A DNA stretch of 64,000 nt. It comes from a virus. Taxonomy: Duplodnaviria > Caudoviricetes. Below the pieces are notes generated by a model that saw nothing but the letters and a program-made list of their open reading frames with translations, was not told the DNA's origin and searched no databases. The position numbers and the translations under genes are program-made. How positions within the stretch are numbered: the first letter of the stretch is position 1; the number at the start of each line of letters is the position of its first letter. The DNA is taken from IMG/VR virus record IMGVR_UViG_3300042508_000526; one strand, 5' to 3'. This document shows positions 55,148 through 64,000 of this stretch, one piece after another.

Positions 55148-58036
55148 TTATCGACCAACAATCGGGTAGTAGCCGTTGATAATTTTCTTGTCGTTACTTT
55201 TGAACTCTGGTTCAGCGTATTCGCCGGCAAGGCCGGGTGCGTCGCCGCGGTCTTTATCGCGCAAACCGCCACCAGACAGCTGCACGATATTGAAATCTTG
55301 CTCCACGTACGCGGGTTCGTCGTTAAGCCACTTTTTGCCCGGGAACGGCCATGTCTCGTCGCATACCTTGGATTTAACAGGCTTTTCTGTCCATCGCTCT
55401 GGCACGTCGTTCATGAGCCGCGCCATTTGTTGCCACCGGTCTTCGTACAGCAAGAAGTCGGGTATTTGATATTGCGGATCTGTGCGAAATGTAAACTCCA
55501 TGATGTCCATGAGGCGCGGATGCCCCGGGCGCTTATCGGCGTACCACAGCTGCTCCAGCATTTCGTCGTCGATCTGGTCGCCGATTCTTGGCAGCTCTTC
55601 TTCAATTAGCTGGCGCACAGTTTCCAGCGCAGGCAATGCTTGGTCGGCGCAGTCGGCATCGCACGGCGCCACGAAGATGTTGCCCTTGGCGGCTTGGCCT
55701 GTAAATATGTGCGCATTTTCTTTTGCGCACAGGACGCTGCCGTGAAATATCGCGTTGCCGTCAGCGATGATGTCCGCGTCAGTCATTATTGGCCCGATTA
55801 GCAGCGTATTTTGGCTGCTAAACATATTGGCTTTTTTCGTTTCGTCGTCGGCACCGGCGCGGAAGAAGTGCAGAATTTTGCCCTCTTTGCCGACGTAGTT
55901 GTAGATGTTGTTGGACTTTGTAACTAGTTCGGCTTCGCCCTTACCGGCGTCGATAGTGATGTTGCCCGGCTTAATAGAGCTACCGCCGCCGCCAGTGCGC
56001 ATGTAAATGCGATGGCCAATGCTAACGACTTCAGATTTAGGCGCGCGCAATACGATGCCGCCAAAGATTACATCGTCGCCGCATTGCTCAAACTCGTAGA
56101 TCGGGTTGTTTGCACGGCTTTCAATAAGTACGCCGCCCTCGCGCTTCGAGCTGTCGTTGCCGGCGAGGATTAGAACGTTTTGTTCGCTCTTTAGGCGGAT
56201 GTTCTTGTCAGTCGTTGAAATATCGACGCCTTCTTTGGCGCGGATGATGCAGTCGCCGCCGCTCCAAGCCTGCGTGTGCCGCCCCGACTTCATCCACACG
56301 TCGCCCGGCGCCGAGAGAATAAGACAGCCGCCAGACATGCGAATTTCAGCGCCATACCCGTCGCCGATTACCACGCCGCCGTCTTCCAACAGCGAGATCG
56401 AGCATTCCGTCTCATAAAACTTTTGCGTGTTATACCGGTGGTCAATTTTGAGCATTCGCGGCGATTGCTCTTTGATATACATGGAGCCTTTAAGCTGGCT
56501 GAAGTTCGGTATGCGGTGATTGAATTGCGCGTACTGCAGTTCAGACTGCTCCCATGTTTTGAAATCTTTTTCGTGCCAGTAGAACGGGTGAATACCGGCG
56601 TAGTTAAACAGGTAGCCGTGCAGGTCGAGTACAGCGGCCGCGCGCTGCATATTCGGAAACTGCGTATCGGTTGTTTTGATATCGCCAGTGATTTTGTGGT
56701 CCGGCCCCGAGCCGTATTTACTGGCGGCTTTATAGTTGATATCCGCGTCGTCGCCGTCGCCAGCTTCTGGGCGCTTAGTGCGCTGGGGCATTGGCAGCAG
56801 CATGCGCTTTGACAGCACGATGCCTTTAGCCGACGCGATAAACCGCCGCCCGTCCATTGCGACGTTATCTTCGTGTAGGCCCTTGACTGGCTTTTCTTGA
56901 TAGTCGCGGTCTTTGCTTGGACCGCCGCCGCAATCAGGCGACAAGCCGTCCTTACCCTTTACAGACGACTCGAACGGCGGCGAAGGCGAACCGCTGCTGC
57001 CCGGCTTATACGTGAACCGCTGCAGCCCGTCAGGTGGCGCGTGTAACACCGATCGCTGACCTTGGCCGAGATAGCCAAAGAACTTTTGTGTGCGATGGTA
57101 GGGCTGCTGAAACTCGTGCTTGTTTTCCCAATGCGAGTAGTACGGTTTAGCGCGCGCGCACTGATAGTCTTTCGGCTCGTATTCGTTAATCATCGGCAGG
57201 CCCGGCTCGATTAACCCGACGGCTTCCCACGGATACGGCGAGTAGCCTTGGAGATCGTTGCATTCCGCTTGATCCATGTAGGCGTCGCGTTCGCTGCCGG
57301 CGGTCCAGACCTGCATGTTGTAGCCGGCAACACGCAGTAACGAATCGTGATAGAACCCGTAAATACCGCAGAACTCGTTTACCGACATGCGCATCATGAA
57401 GTCGTCGATGCTGATGCCAATGCCGGTAGTCGAGACGGCGCCCCATTCGCTGGCTAGTGTCGCATCCCACGGCCGCCAGCTGCTCCAGTCCACCATTTGG
57501 CCGTTCATCGGCTCTTTGATGTACTTCTTATGGCAGTCGTCTACGCGCTTTCTGGACGCCTGAGAGATGTAGTCGTGATAGGCGCGCTTGCCAACGTCGA
57601 GAACGTTAGGTACGGCGCCGAGAATATACGCCTGCCCAACTTTGTCGTGGATCATCAGAATAACTGATGTTCCGGGCGCGTACGTGTTAACAGTACTGGC
57701 GCCAAAGCAGACGTGGCTCGACTGCGATAGCGTCGCCGCGATAATAGGAGCGCGCGATTTTTCTACGAATACTTTATAGCAGTTGGCAATCGCCGTACCG
57801 TCGACGATCCACCCGGTGCAAAGTCGCCCGGTGTCTTGAAAACCCTGCTTGAAGCCGGCTAACTTTGTGTTAGGGTCGGCTACGGCCTGCAACTGGGCGC
57901 CATACGCAGCCGTGCCTGTCCGGCTAGAAAACTGCGTATTATTTTGAAGTCGCCTTGTTGCCTGAGTCGGGTCGTATGCGTGCTGATGGCCGGAAGACGG
58001 AGTAATGCCCACCGGCTTCGGGGGCTGTTGCGACAT
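55148..58036 (-). CDS. Vgr/gp5-like baseplate central spike
   Basis: OB-fold-like N-region (YAPGTSVILMI); beta-helix repeats GAEIRMSGGCLILSAPGDVWMKSG...IIRAKEGVDISTT. Confidence 0.55.
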   Translation of the reverse strand: MSQQPPKPVGITPSSGHQHAYDPTQATRRLQNNTQFSSRTGTAAYGAQLQAVADPNTKLAGFKQGFQDTGRLCTGWIVDGTAIANCYKVFVEKSRAPIIAATLSQSSHVCFGASTVNTYAPGTSVILMIHDKVGQAYILGAVPNVLDVGKRAYHDYISQASRKRVDDCHKKYIKEPMNGQMVDWSSWRPWDATLASEWGAVSTTGIGISIDDFMMRMSVNEFCGIYGFYHDSLLRVAGYNMQVWTAGSERDAYMDQAECNDLQGYSPYPWEAVGLIEPGLPMINEYEPKDYQCARAKPYYSHWENKHEFQQPYHRTQKFFGYLGQGQRSVLHAPPDGLQRFTYKPGSSGSPSPPFESSVKGKDGLSPDCGGGPSKDRDYQEKPVKGLHEDNVAMDGRRFIASAKGIVLSKRMLLPMPQRTKRPEAGDGDDADINYKAASKYGSGPDHKITGDIKTTDTQFPNMQRAAAVLDLHGYLFNYAGIHPFYWHEKDFKTWEQSELQYAQFNHRIPNFSQLKGSMYIKEQSPRMLKIDHRYNTQKFYETECSISLLEDGGVVIGDGYGAEIRMSGGCLILSAPGDVWMKSGRHTQAWSGGDCIIRAKEGVDISTTDKNIRLKSEQNVLILAGNDSSKREGGVLIESRANNPIYEFEQCGDDVIFGGIVLRAPKSEVVSIGHRIYMRTGGGGSSIKPGNITIDAGKGEAELVTKSNNIYNYVGKEGKILHFFRAGADDETKKANMFSSQNTLLIGPIMTDADIIADGNAIFHGSVLCAKENAHIFTGQAAKGNIFVAPCDADCADQALPALETVRQLIEEELPRIGDQIDDEMLEQLWYADKRPGHPRLMDIMEFTFRTDPQYQIPDFLLYEDRWQQMARLMNDVPERWTEKPVKSKVCDETWPFPGKKWLNDEPAYVEQDFNIVQLSGGGLRDKDRGDAPGLAGEYAEPEFKSNDKKIINGYYPIVGR

Positions 58037-58094
58037 TTATCCACCAAACGGTGAGGTTACGGGCGAAAAGCCCAAGGCGTATAGCCTAATACCA

Positions 58095-58129
58095 TAAGCG
58101 GCGGTTGCGTTTTCAGCAACCGCCGCTTA
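58095..58129. terminator. 14-bp perfect hairpin after the tube gene (terminator or stabiliser)
   Basis: TAAGCGGCGGTTGC/GCAACCGCCGCTTA; U-tract weak. Confidence 0.5.
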
Positions 58130-58154
58130 CTTAAATACCAATAACGCGTGAAAA

Positions 58155-58598
58155 TCAGGCGTAATCGATATCCGAGCAGATAAAGCCCAGATTCTCGTTA
58201 ATCACGATTTCCTGCGCGGTCACGCTCGCCCCAATCGAGGTTAGCGTGGCCTTCTTGAGCGTGTAGGTCACGTTTACAGTCACGCCACCGCAACCACCGC
58301 TACCCTCAAGCGTGAGGTCAGCGGGGTTACACATGTCGCCGTACTTCGTCACCATCGTCTTAAACGTCGCCGAGCCGCCCACAACGCGGACAAGCTGCGC
58401 CTGACCTTGCCGACGATTACCGACATAGTAAATGTTATTGGAGCCGATCTCATACAGGAAGTTCACAGTCCGGTTGACCGTGAAATTCGCCTGCTGCACT
58501 AGCGCCCCGTCACCGGACCCGCCGGCAAAGGTCATTTTCAGATCCTCTGCCCGGAACGTGCCCTTGTGCTGCTGTTCTTTGCCGAAAGGACTTGCCAT
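58155..58598 (-). CDS. Tail tube protein
   Basis: 147 aa directly after sheath; NRTVNFLYEIGS..IYYV motif. Confidence 0.8.
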   Translation of the reverse strand: MASPFGKEQQHKGTFRAEDLKMTFAGGSGDGALVQQANFTVNRTVNFLYEIGSNNIYYVGNRRQGQAQLVRVVGGSATFKTMVTKYGDMCNPADLTLEGSGGCGGVTVNVTYTLKKATLTSIGASVTAQEIVINENLGFICSDIDYA

Positions 58599-58644
58599 AG
58601 TTCACCCTATGATTGTTAAGTTGACCCAGTTACAGTTTGAGCAA

Positions 58645-61600
58645 TTAGACCACTAAGTGCAGCTCAATGTTATTGAGCGGCGCCGGGACAACGAGATCGA
58701 GAACAATTTCGATTCGGTCCTTTAACAGCGGGTGGATTTGCAGTCTGCGAATCGTGCCGTCAACCAGCTGCGAACCCAGCTCTTCGGTGAAGCCGTTGGC
58801 CTTGAGGAAGTCGATGATCGCCGTGACTTCGAACCGCAGACGTCGCACCATACCTTCTTGCGCGTTGGTGCGGCCGATGAACGGACGCAGGCGGCGCAGG
58901 AACAGGTAGGACATCGAGTCCACGTTGCGGCGGATCATCTCTTCCCGACGATTCAGGTCGAGGTTGTCCGTCGTCAGCGCGTGCCGCGTGTGCGGCGTGC
59001 CGTCCTTGTCTTCTGTCACGATCCACACTCCGGCCTCAGCCATACGGTTGAGCTGAGTTTCGTTGAAGTACTTATACGACCGCGTGTAATCATCAAAACC
59101 GGCAACCTCGACGTTGGTCAGCGGCTGGTGGGGGACAACGCCGCTCACCAGACCAGCCAGCGCTGAAGCCAGATAGAAACCGGGCTGCAGTGTGCCAGCT
59201 TCGCCAACCTGATCCGGCCACACGGCGCAAACCCGGCGATTCGACAGCGAGCCACCCTGCTGCGCAATGTCTTCCGCGACCTCGTTGCGGTTACGGTTGT
59301 GATAGATCTCTACGCGTTGCGGCTGCGTTACCGCGGCATCAGCGCCGGAGTACAGCAGCAGCGTCGACTCAGACAGTACCTGATCGACAACGTACTCTTC
59401 ATACTGCTCGTCGCCGAAACCGTCGACCGAGAAGTTGTAACGGACGATGTCGCCGGGGCGAACGTCGTTCGTGATGAAGTAACCGTTGCCCGATGTGACC
59501 GTCAGCTTTGTGTACTGCGTGTTGGTCGCATTCGGATCGTCGGCCAGTGTCGCGAGAACGGGCGAGTCGATTTCTGTACCGAGCACGCCGTTAACCGGCA
59601 CGCCTTCGCCAGCCACCTTGACGACCGGGTGCGCCTTGAGGCTGAAGAAACCGGCCTTCCAGTTATTGGCGTACTCATTCGATTCGGCGCCGATGTGCGC
59701 AGCCCACAGATTTTGAATCTGCCGCTCGAACGTCAGCGGAACGAGGTTGTACATGTCGTCACGACCCTTGATGCGCTCAAGCACCTGCACCCAGCTGTCG
59801 AGGTTCGGGCCGATGTAGCGATTTTCCGAATCAAAACGATCCGGCTCGCCGACGGCCGTGTACTTCACAACTGTACCGTTGCTGTTAGAGAGCGCCTTAT
59901 AGACGCCCCACTTCAGCGGGTTATCCGGGTGCAGCTGGCCCTTGATCACGTCGAGATCAGCAACGTCGCTGATCGAGTTGACCTGATCGGCCAGCTCGCT
60001 GAGCCACTCGCGGTACTCGACGTAAACCTTGCCGCCCATGACGGGCAGCGGCTGTTCAGCACCAGCGCTTGTCCACTCAGGGTGGTAAGCGATGATGCCT
60101 TCCTGCACGCAGACTTGCGTATCTTCAAGCCAGTAGTTGGTCTCCGGCGCGTAACCGATACGATTACGCGAGACCTGAATGTCGTCCTTGATGTACAGCA
60201 TGAGGTCCATGTCCTCGCCGCTGATCAGGCTGACAGTCGCGCCGGTGGCTGTTGTACCGCCCACAGGTGCGGCAGCAAACGTTACCGTCGGCGCTGTGAC
60301 GTAACCCGAGCCGCGGTTCGTCACCGTTACGGCTACAACCTTGCCGGCTGTCGAACCCGTGCCGAGCACCGCGGTACCGGTCGCCGTTGTGGCGCCAATA
60401 TTACCGCTTGTCGGGGCCGAGAACGTGACGGTCGGGGCTGTGACGTAACCGGAGCCGATACCGCCGGCCGGAATGTTCACGAAGCCAACCTTATCAACGG
60501 GCAGGCCGTCTTCAGACAGCAGGCTGGTCGGCAGGTCATCGCGAAGGATGAGCTTGCGCACCGGGCCAGCTTGGCTGGAGTTAACCGTGATGTACCACTT
60601 GTCGCCCTTGCGGAGGCCAGCAACAGCGTCCGAGCTGCCGCCAGTCGCGCCGAGAAACTTAACCTTTACGCCGTTCGTGCCAATCGCCACCGAGATGGCG
60701 TTGGAACCTTCACCGTCGCCGACAACCTCGGTCGGACCAGAGAAGTCGAGGCCCTTGGCCGTCTTCACGGTGATTTCCGGAAGCTGCGCGAAGGTGCCGC
60801 CCTTTGTGCACTCGATGATGTAAACGTCGTTCTTAGCGCCGGCATACTTGCCGAGAATGTCAAGCTGACCAGCGACGCCGTTGACAGAGTCTTCAGTCGC
60901 GTAAACGCCGTCGGCATCCGAAACGGCGATCGCCGGCTCGAACGTCTGCTTTACAATGAACTGCCATTTCTGACCAACAACAAAGTTGTCGCTCGTCGAG
61001 CCGTTCGAGAAGCGGACCGACAGGCCGCGGGTGCCGATGAACGTAACGCCCGAAGCGGCATCAATTTCATTCGGCGTGATTTCCGCTTGATCGTCCGTTC
61101 CGCTGGCCGACGTTACGCGCAGCCGCGCAGCGTTGCAGCCAGAGATTGTGCTTTTGATAACTTCAACGGTATAGGTTTCGTTGACGTAGCCGTCAACAAG
61201 ACCGCTGTAGGTGTTGGCGCCGGCGTCTCCGCCGTCCAGAACAGTAACGGCAACAGCGTTGTCCGTACCGGCAATCTGAAAATTCGACGCGCCTGCCGCT
61301 GCAGTGACGTCTACGCCGCTAAGATCTGTTGCGGTGTAAGCGTCTTCATTATTAACGTCGGCTACGGCCGGAAGAATGCGCGACGGGACGAGGTCGCTGG
61401 CAAAGCCAGTAACGTATGTCTCAAGCACAGTCTCTTCGCAGTCGTTGTCGGCGCTCACAACGCGCAGCTTGACAACGTCACCGAGCTGAACGTCGCGGTC
61501 ATAAAACACGCCGCTACGCGGGTACGAACCGCCGTTCGCTTTGAACGACAGGTTCGACGATTGAATCCAATTCGATTTGCCGGGCACAGCCGTAACAGTT

Positions 61601-61896
61601 GTCGCGTTGTCGCCGACCGTGTGCGAGTAGTACTGCAGCATGGCGTCGTCGATGTAGACCTTTACATACGACGGATCGACGCGCGAGCCAGCAAGACGCT
61701 GCGGCCACGGATAGCATGTGTCGTTTAAACGATCGTAGACGCCGAGTAAGCAATCGGGCTTCTCATTCGCGTCGCCATAACGATGAAGAACAGCGTGCGG
61801 GCCAGCAATGTGGGCGCGCAGCGGTTCCGTGATCTCCGTCGGGACGATCCGGAACTCTTGAAAAACAAGAACTTGGGGTTTTACGTAGCTCGACAT
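58645..61896 (-). CDS. Tail sheath protein
   Basis: 1083 aa; C-terminal sheath domain (LAGLVSG...PLTN...LNRMAEAGVWIV...RHALTT...IRRNVD...PLNNIELHL). Confidence 0.85.
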   Translation of the reverse strand: MSSYVKPQVLVFQEFRIVPTEITEPLRAHIAGPHAVLHRYGDANEKPDCLLGVYDRLNDTCYPWPQRLAGSRVDPSYVKVYIDDAMLQYYSHTVGDNATTVTAVPGKSNWIQSSNLSFKANGGSYPRSGVFYDRDVQLGDVVKLRVVSADNDCEETVLETYVTGFASDLVPSRILPAVADVNNEDAYTATDLSGVDVTAAAGASNFQIAGTDNAVAVTVLDGGDAGANTYSGLVDGYVNETYTVEVIKSTISGCNAARLRVTSASGTDDQAEITPNEIDAASGVTFIGTRGLSVRFSNGSTSDNFVVGQKWQFIVKQTFEPAIAVSDADGVYATEDSVNGVAGQLDILGKYAGAKNDVYIIECTKGGTFAQLPEITVKTAKGLDFSGPTEVVGDGEGSNAISVAIGTNGVKVKFLGATGGSSDAVAGLRKGDKWYITVNSSQAGPVRKLILRDDLPTSLLSEDGLPVDKVGFVNIPAGGIGSGYVTAPTVTFSAPTSGNIGATTATGTAVLGTGSTAGKVVAVTVTNRGSGYVTAPTVTFAAAPVGGTTATGATVSLISGEDMDLMLYIKDDIQVSRNRIGYAPETNYWLEDTQVCVQEGIIAYHPEWTSAGAEQPLPVMGGKVYVEYREWLSELADQVNSISDVADLDVIKGQLHPDNPLKWGVYKALSNSNGTVVKYTAVGEPDRFDSENRYIGPNLDSWVQVLERIKGRDDMYNLVPLTFERQIQNLWAAHIGAESNEYANNWKAGFFSLKAHPVVKVAGEGVPVNGVLGTEIDSPVLATLADDPNATNTQYTKLTVTSGNGYFITNDVRPGDIVRYNFSVDGFGDEQYEEYVVDQVLSESTLLLYSGADAAVTQPQRVEIYHNRNRNEVAEDIAQQGGSLSNRRVCAVWPDQVGEAGTLQPGFYLASALAGLVSGVVPHQPLTNVEVAGFDDYTRSYKYFNETQLNRMAEAGVWIVTEDKDGTPHTRHALTTDNLDLNRREEMIRRNVDSMSYLFLRRLRPFIGRTNAQEGMVRRLRFEVTAIIDFLKANGFTEELGSQLVDGTIRRLQIHPLLKDRIEIVLDLVVPAPLNNIELHLVV

Positions 61897-61900
61897 GCGT

Positions 61901-61916
61901 CAGGCCTCCGTGCCTA
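61901..61916 (-). promoter_or_regulatory. CsrA-type hairpin over the sheath SD
   Basis: UAGGC-ACGGAG-GCCUG, 4 nt before the AUG. Confidence 0.6.
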
Positions 61917-61942
61917 AAATTTGTGTGCGGTATGGCGTTCAG

Positions 61943-61970
61943 AGCGTAGTATACACAACTCCGCAGTCAA
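61943..61970 (-). promoter_or_regulatory. Putative promoter of the sheath-tube operon
   Basis: T-tract, then TTGACT-N16-TACGCT. Confidence 0.4.
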
Positions 61971-61995
61971 CAAAAAAACACCTACCGTAAATTTG

Positions 61996-62706
61996 TTAAC
62001 AAGACAGTAAATCCGATGCCTTGAAGACAATCCGCTTTAGGCGCGGCGCATACGGCTGGAGCGACCAAGCTTCCTCGGCAACGTATGCAACAGTCACAGG
62101 GACGGCATATCCCTGAACGACCTCTTGAATTTCTCCTATGCCGCCTACTTCGGCGACGTAAAATCGAAACAAATCCATCTGTTCCCGAATTAGGGGCGAG
62201 AACTGCATCAAAAACTTGATGACTTCCGTCGCCATGAATTCGGTTTCGGCGCCGTTTTGTGCGAGACAGAACAGTGTGTGGCTGCCCTCCCACATTCCGG
62301 CATAAGTTACAGCTCCAGTATAGTCATTCTGACTTATCTTGTCACCAATACCCTGCCGTTGCCATTTCCACCCGTTTCTTTTTATTAACACTGATGGGCG
62401 CTTATCGGCTGTGTTTGGTGACCAGCGGGTAATGCTTTCGATAAGAATTCCGCCGCGATTATCGCCTGTGTCAGTGGGTTTCCATGCGCCAAGCGTCTCT
62501 ACATGGCGGCGGATGCGCGGCTCTTCAATATTGTTTGGGTCTGAAAAGTGGCCGATTAAAAGTTGCCGTAACAACCCGGTCATTACGTGCGGCCGCATAC
62601 CGTACGAGCACAGTGCGCTAACTTTATCGACACGATTTTCTGGTGCACTCCCAGCGGGAAATTGCGCTTCAACTTCCGGCGGGTTTGGCTCTTCGCAGGT
62701 ACTCAC
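61996..62706 (-). CDS. Tail completion/terminator protein
   Basis: Position between neck and sheath; RPSVLIKR and GSHTLFCLA motifs. Confidence 0.55.
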   Translation of the reverse strand: MSTCEEPNPPEVEAQFPAGSAPENRVDKVSALCSYGMRPHVMTGLLRQLLIGHFSDPNNIEEPRIRRHVETLGAWKPTDTGDNRGGILIESITRWSPNTADKRPSVLIKRNGWKWQRQGIGDKISQNDYTGAVTYAGMWEGSHTLFCLAQNGAETEFMATEVIKFLMQFSPLIREQMDLFRFYVAEVGGIGEIQEVVQGYAVPVTVAYVAEEAWSLQPYAPRLKRIVFKASDLLSC

Positions 62707-62825
62707 GTAAATGATCCTTTTTGTTATCTGGGAACAGTTTATGCACTGTCCGCAGCCGTATCTTATCGAGCGTAACCTTTACTTTATCTAATACGGGCTC
62801 AGCTGCATTCTTTTTTTTAGCCACC

Positions 62826-64000
62826 TCAAATCTCCCAGAAATCATCGGGGCTGTCGTTATTGCAGACTTTAAACTCGTCTACCGTATTTAATACTTTGCC
62901 GTCTTCCGTTGTAAGTACGAGCGGATCGCCGGTTTCGTCGGTGTCACCAAGCGGGAGTGACGGCGCCCACACACAGTCTAACGGCGCGCCCGGAGCGACG
63001 ACATTTACAAAATCGTAGTCCGGGCCGTAATCGCCAAGCTTTTCGTAAACAATAGCGTAATCGCCCGGATCTAAGTTAATAGACGTTGTCCACCGCCCGT
63101 TAGCCGTCGTAGTCGTTTTACCGAGCGCTAAGCTTTTAGACGTAGTTGTGCCGGTCTGATCGAAAACGGCTTTTGAAAATATGTAGACGCTCGCGCCGGT
63201 TATTGGGCAACCGCTTTCGTCTTTGTACGCGTAACGATCTAGCCCGCCGTAATTCTGATCAACGGGTACGGCGCCGCAACCCTCTATCGGCAACGTCGGC
63301 CCTACGCGCTCCGCAGGCTCGCCGCCAACTTCTAGCGCGTACGCCGTATTGCTGAACGGTATTAAACCCATCTTAATCTGGTAAACGATTGGGACATTTC
63401 GGATTGCGGCTGCAACCTGAATTGTTTCTACAAGCCAGCGCTCGTCGCTAGACCCGTTCACCCATATATCGTCTTTATTAATCGCGGGAAAACCAATTAC
63501 GCGCGCGGTGATATACGGGTTTTCACGCGTTACACCTTTGACCTGCGTATCTACGTCTTCCTGTATCGTTTGCGGCGAAATATCCCAGCACTGCAGCGCT
63601 AACGGCGGATGATAGCCAATTTCAAACCCGGTGCCGCTGCAGATAGGGCAGTCGGCGTCGAGTACTTCTTGCGTTAACTCGTCGCGGCAGCGGCGGCATG
63701 GCTTTCCAAACCTAAAAGGCTTTATTAGATAGCCCGGCACGGCAACATATTTAAACCGCAGCTGCTCCTTGCGAATGATTTCTCGCGCTATCACCCAGTC
63801 CCGTTCTGGGAGGTCGCCGTAGCAGTTGGCGGCCTGCGAAACATATACGTCTGTCGGCGTGGTCAGCACGACGCGGTAATGATCTAGCAGGTCGTAGCCC
63901 GCTTCTCGCCACGCCGGGTCATACGCTGCGTAACCGTTTACAACAGGCGGGCCGATATTCACCCAATCAGCAGCGTCGCGTAACCCGGTTTTGCCGAGCT
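62826..64000 (-). CDS. Neck/head-closure-like protein with Zn knuckle and C-terminal Ig-like domain (5' truncated)
   Basis: Frame open to the window edge; CRRC...CPICSGTG; INKDDIWV...RWLVETI; PITGASVYIF...TTANGRW...LDPGDY. Confidence 0.55.
   Translation of the reverse strand, partial: LGKTGLRDAADWVNIGPPVVNGYAAYDPAWREAGYDLLDHYRVVLTTPTDVYVSQAANCYGDLPERDWVIAREIIRKEQLRFKYVAVPGYLIKPFRFGKPCRRCRDELTQEVLDADCPICSGTGFEIGYHPPLALQCWDISPQTIQEDVDTQVKGVTRENPYITARVIGFPAINKDDIWVNGSSDERWLVETIQVAAAIRNVPIVYQIKMGLIPFSNTAYALEVGGEPAERVGPTLPIEGCGAVPVDQNYGGLDRYAYKDESGCPITGASVYIFSKAVFDQTGTTTSKSLALGKTTTTANGRWTTSINLDPGDYAIVYEKLGDYGPDYDFVNVVAPGAPLDCVWAPSLPLGDTDETGDPLVLTTEDGKVLNTVDEFKVCNNDSPDDFWEI

Larger units (their letters stand above)
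1..64000. mobile_element. Segment of a large contractile-tailed phage genome
   Basis: Terminase, sheath, tube, tape measure, baseplate, fibres and tRNAs in dense operons; no cellular housekeeping genes; ORFs truncated at both ends. Confidence 0.93.

Noticed and set aside
58596-58611. CAUAG-GGUGAA-CUAUG hairpin over the tube start as a CsrA site
   Set aside because: The stem may occlude the AUG, but the loop has no GGA
59299-61728. 809-aa plus-strand ORF
   Set aside because: Antisense shadow of the codon-biased sheath gene; no motifs or RBS
38575-62706. Extracellular contractile injection system or T6SS
   Set aside because: Terminase, long tape measure, neck protein, tRNAs and phage accessory genes indicate a phage
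1-64000. Stop-codon reassignment
   Set aside because: Long genes are intact in the standard code, and TAA, TAG and TGA all end coupled genes

Overview
This window is 64 kb of a large contractile-tailed dsDNA phage genome (Caudoviricetes, myovirus-type tail), almost all on the minus strand and truncated at both ends. The right 40 kb is a tail operon. Read in gene direction it runs: neck, tail completion, sheath, tube, Vgr/gp5-like spike, tail chaperones, tape measure, hub, a sigma-70-family factor, gp25, baseplate J and wedge, five paralogous baseplate/fibre proteins, two collagen fibres (one with about 15 Cys-rich ~60-aa repeats), and Ig-like genes. The left 25 kb is accessory and regulatory. 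It holds csrA, tRNA-Thr, an initiator-like tRNA-Met with a non-canonical anticodon stem, an apparently inactivated primase-helicase, a GpA-type terminase on the opposite strand, a GNAT, a DenV-like glycosylase, DUF5664, a Ycf46-like AAA+/DUF1257/DUF2997/DUF3150 module and a DUF6745/DUF6915/DUF6878 cluster. Several proteins look planctomycete-like, so a Planctomycetota host is inferred. The best unannotated signal is a set of CsrA-type hairpins (ANGGAN or AGGAU loops). Four overlap the ribosome-binding sites of the sheath, fibre-anchor, GNAT and one hypothetical gene, and one is intergenic, in a phage that encodes its own CsrA. This is a candidate phage-internal translational regulon. Family names come from motif recognition by eye, not database searches. 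No portal, major capsid, polymerase, integrase, reverse transcriptase or CRISPR array was seen.
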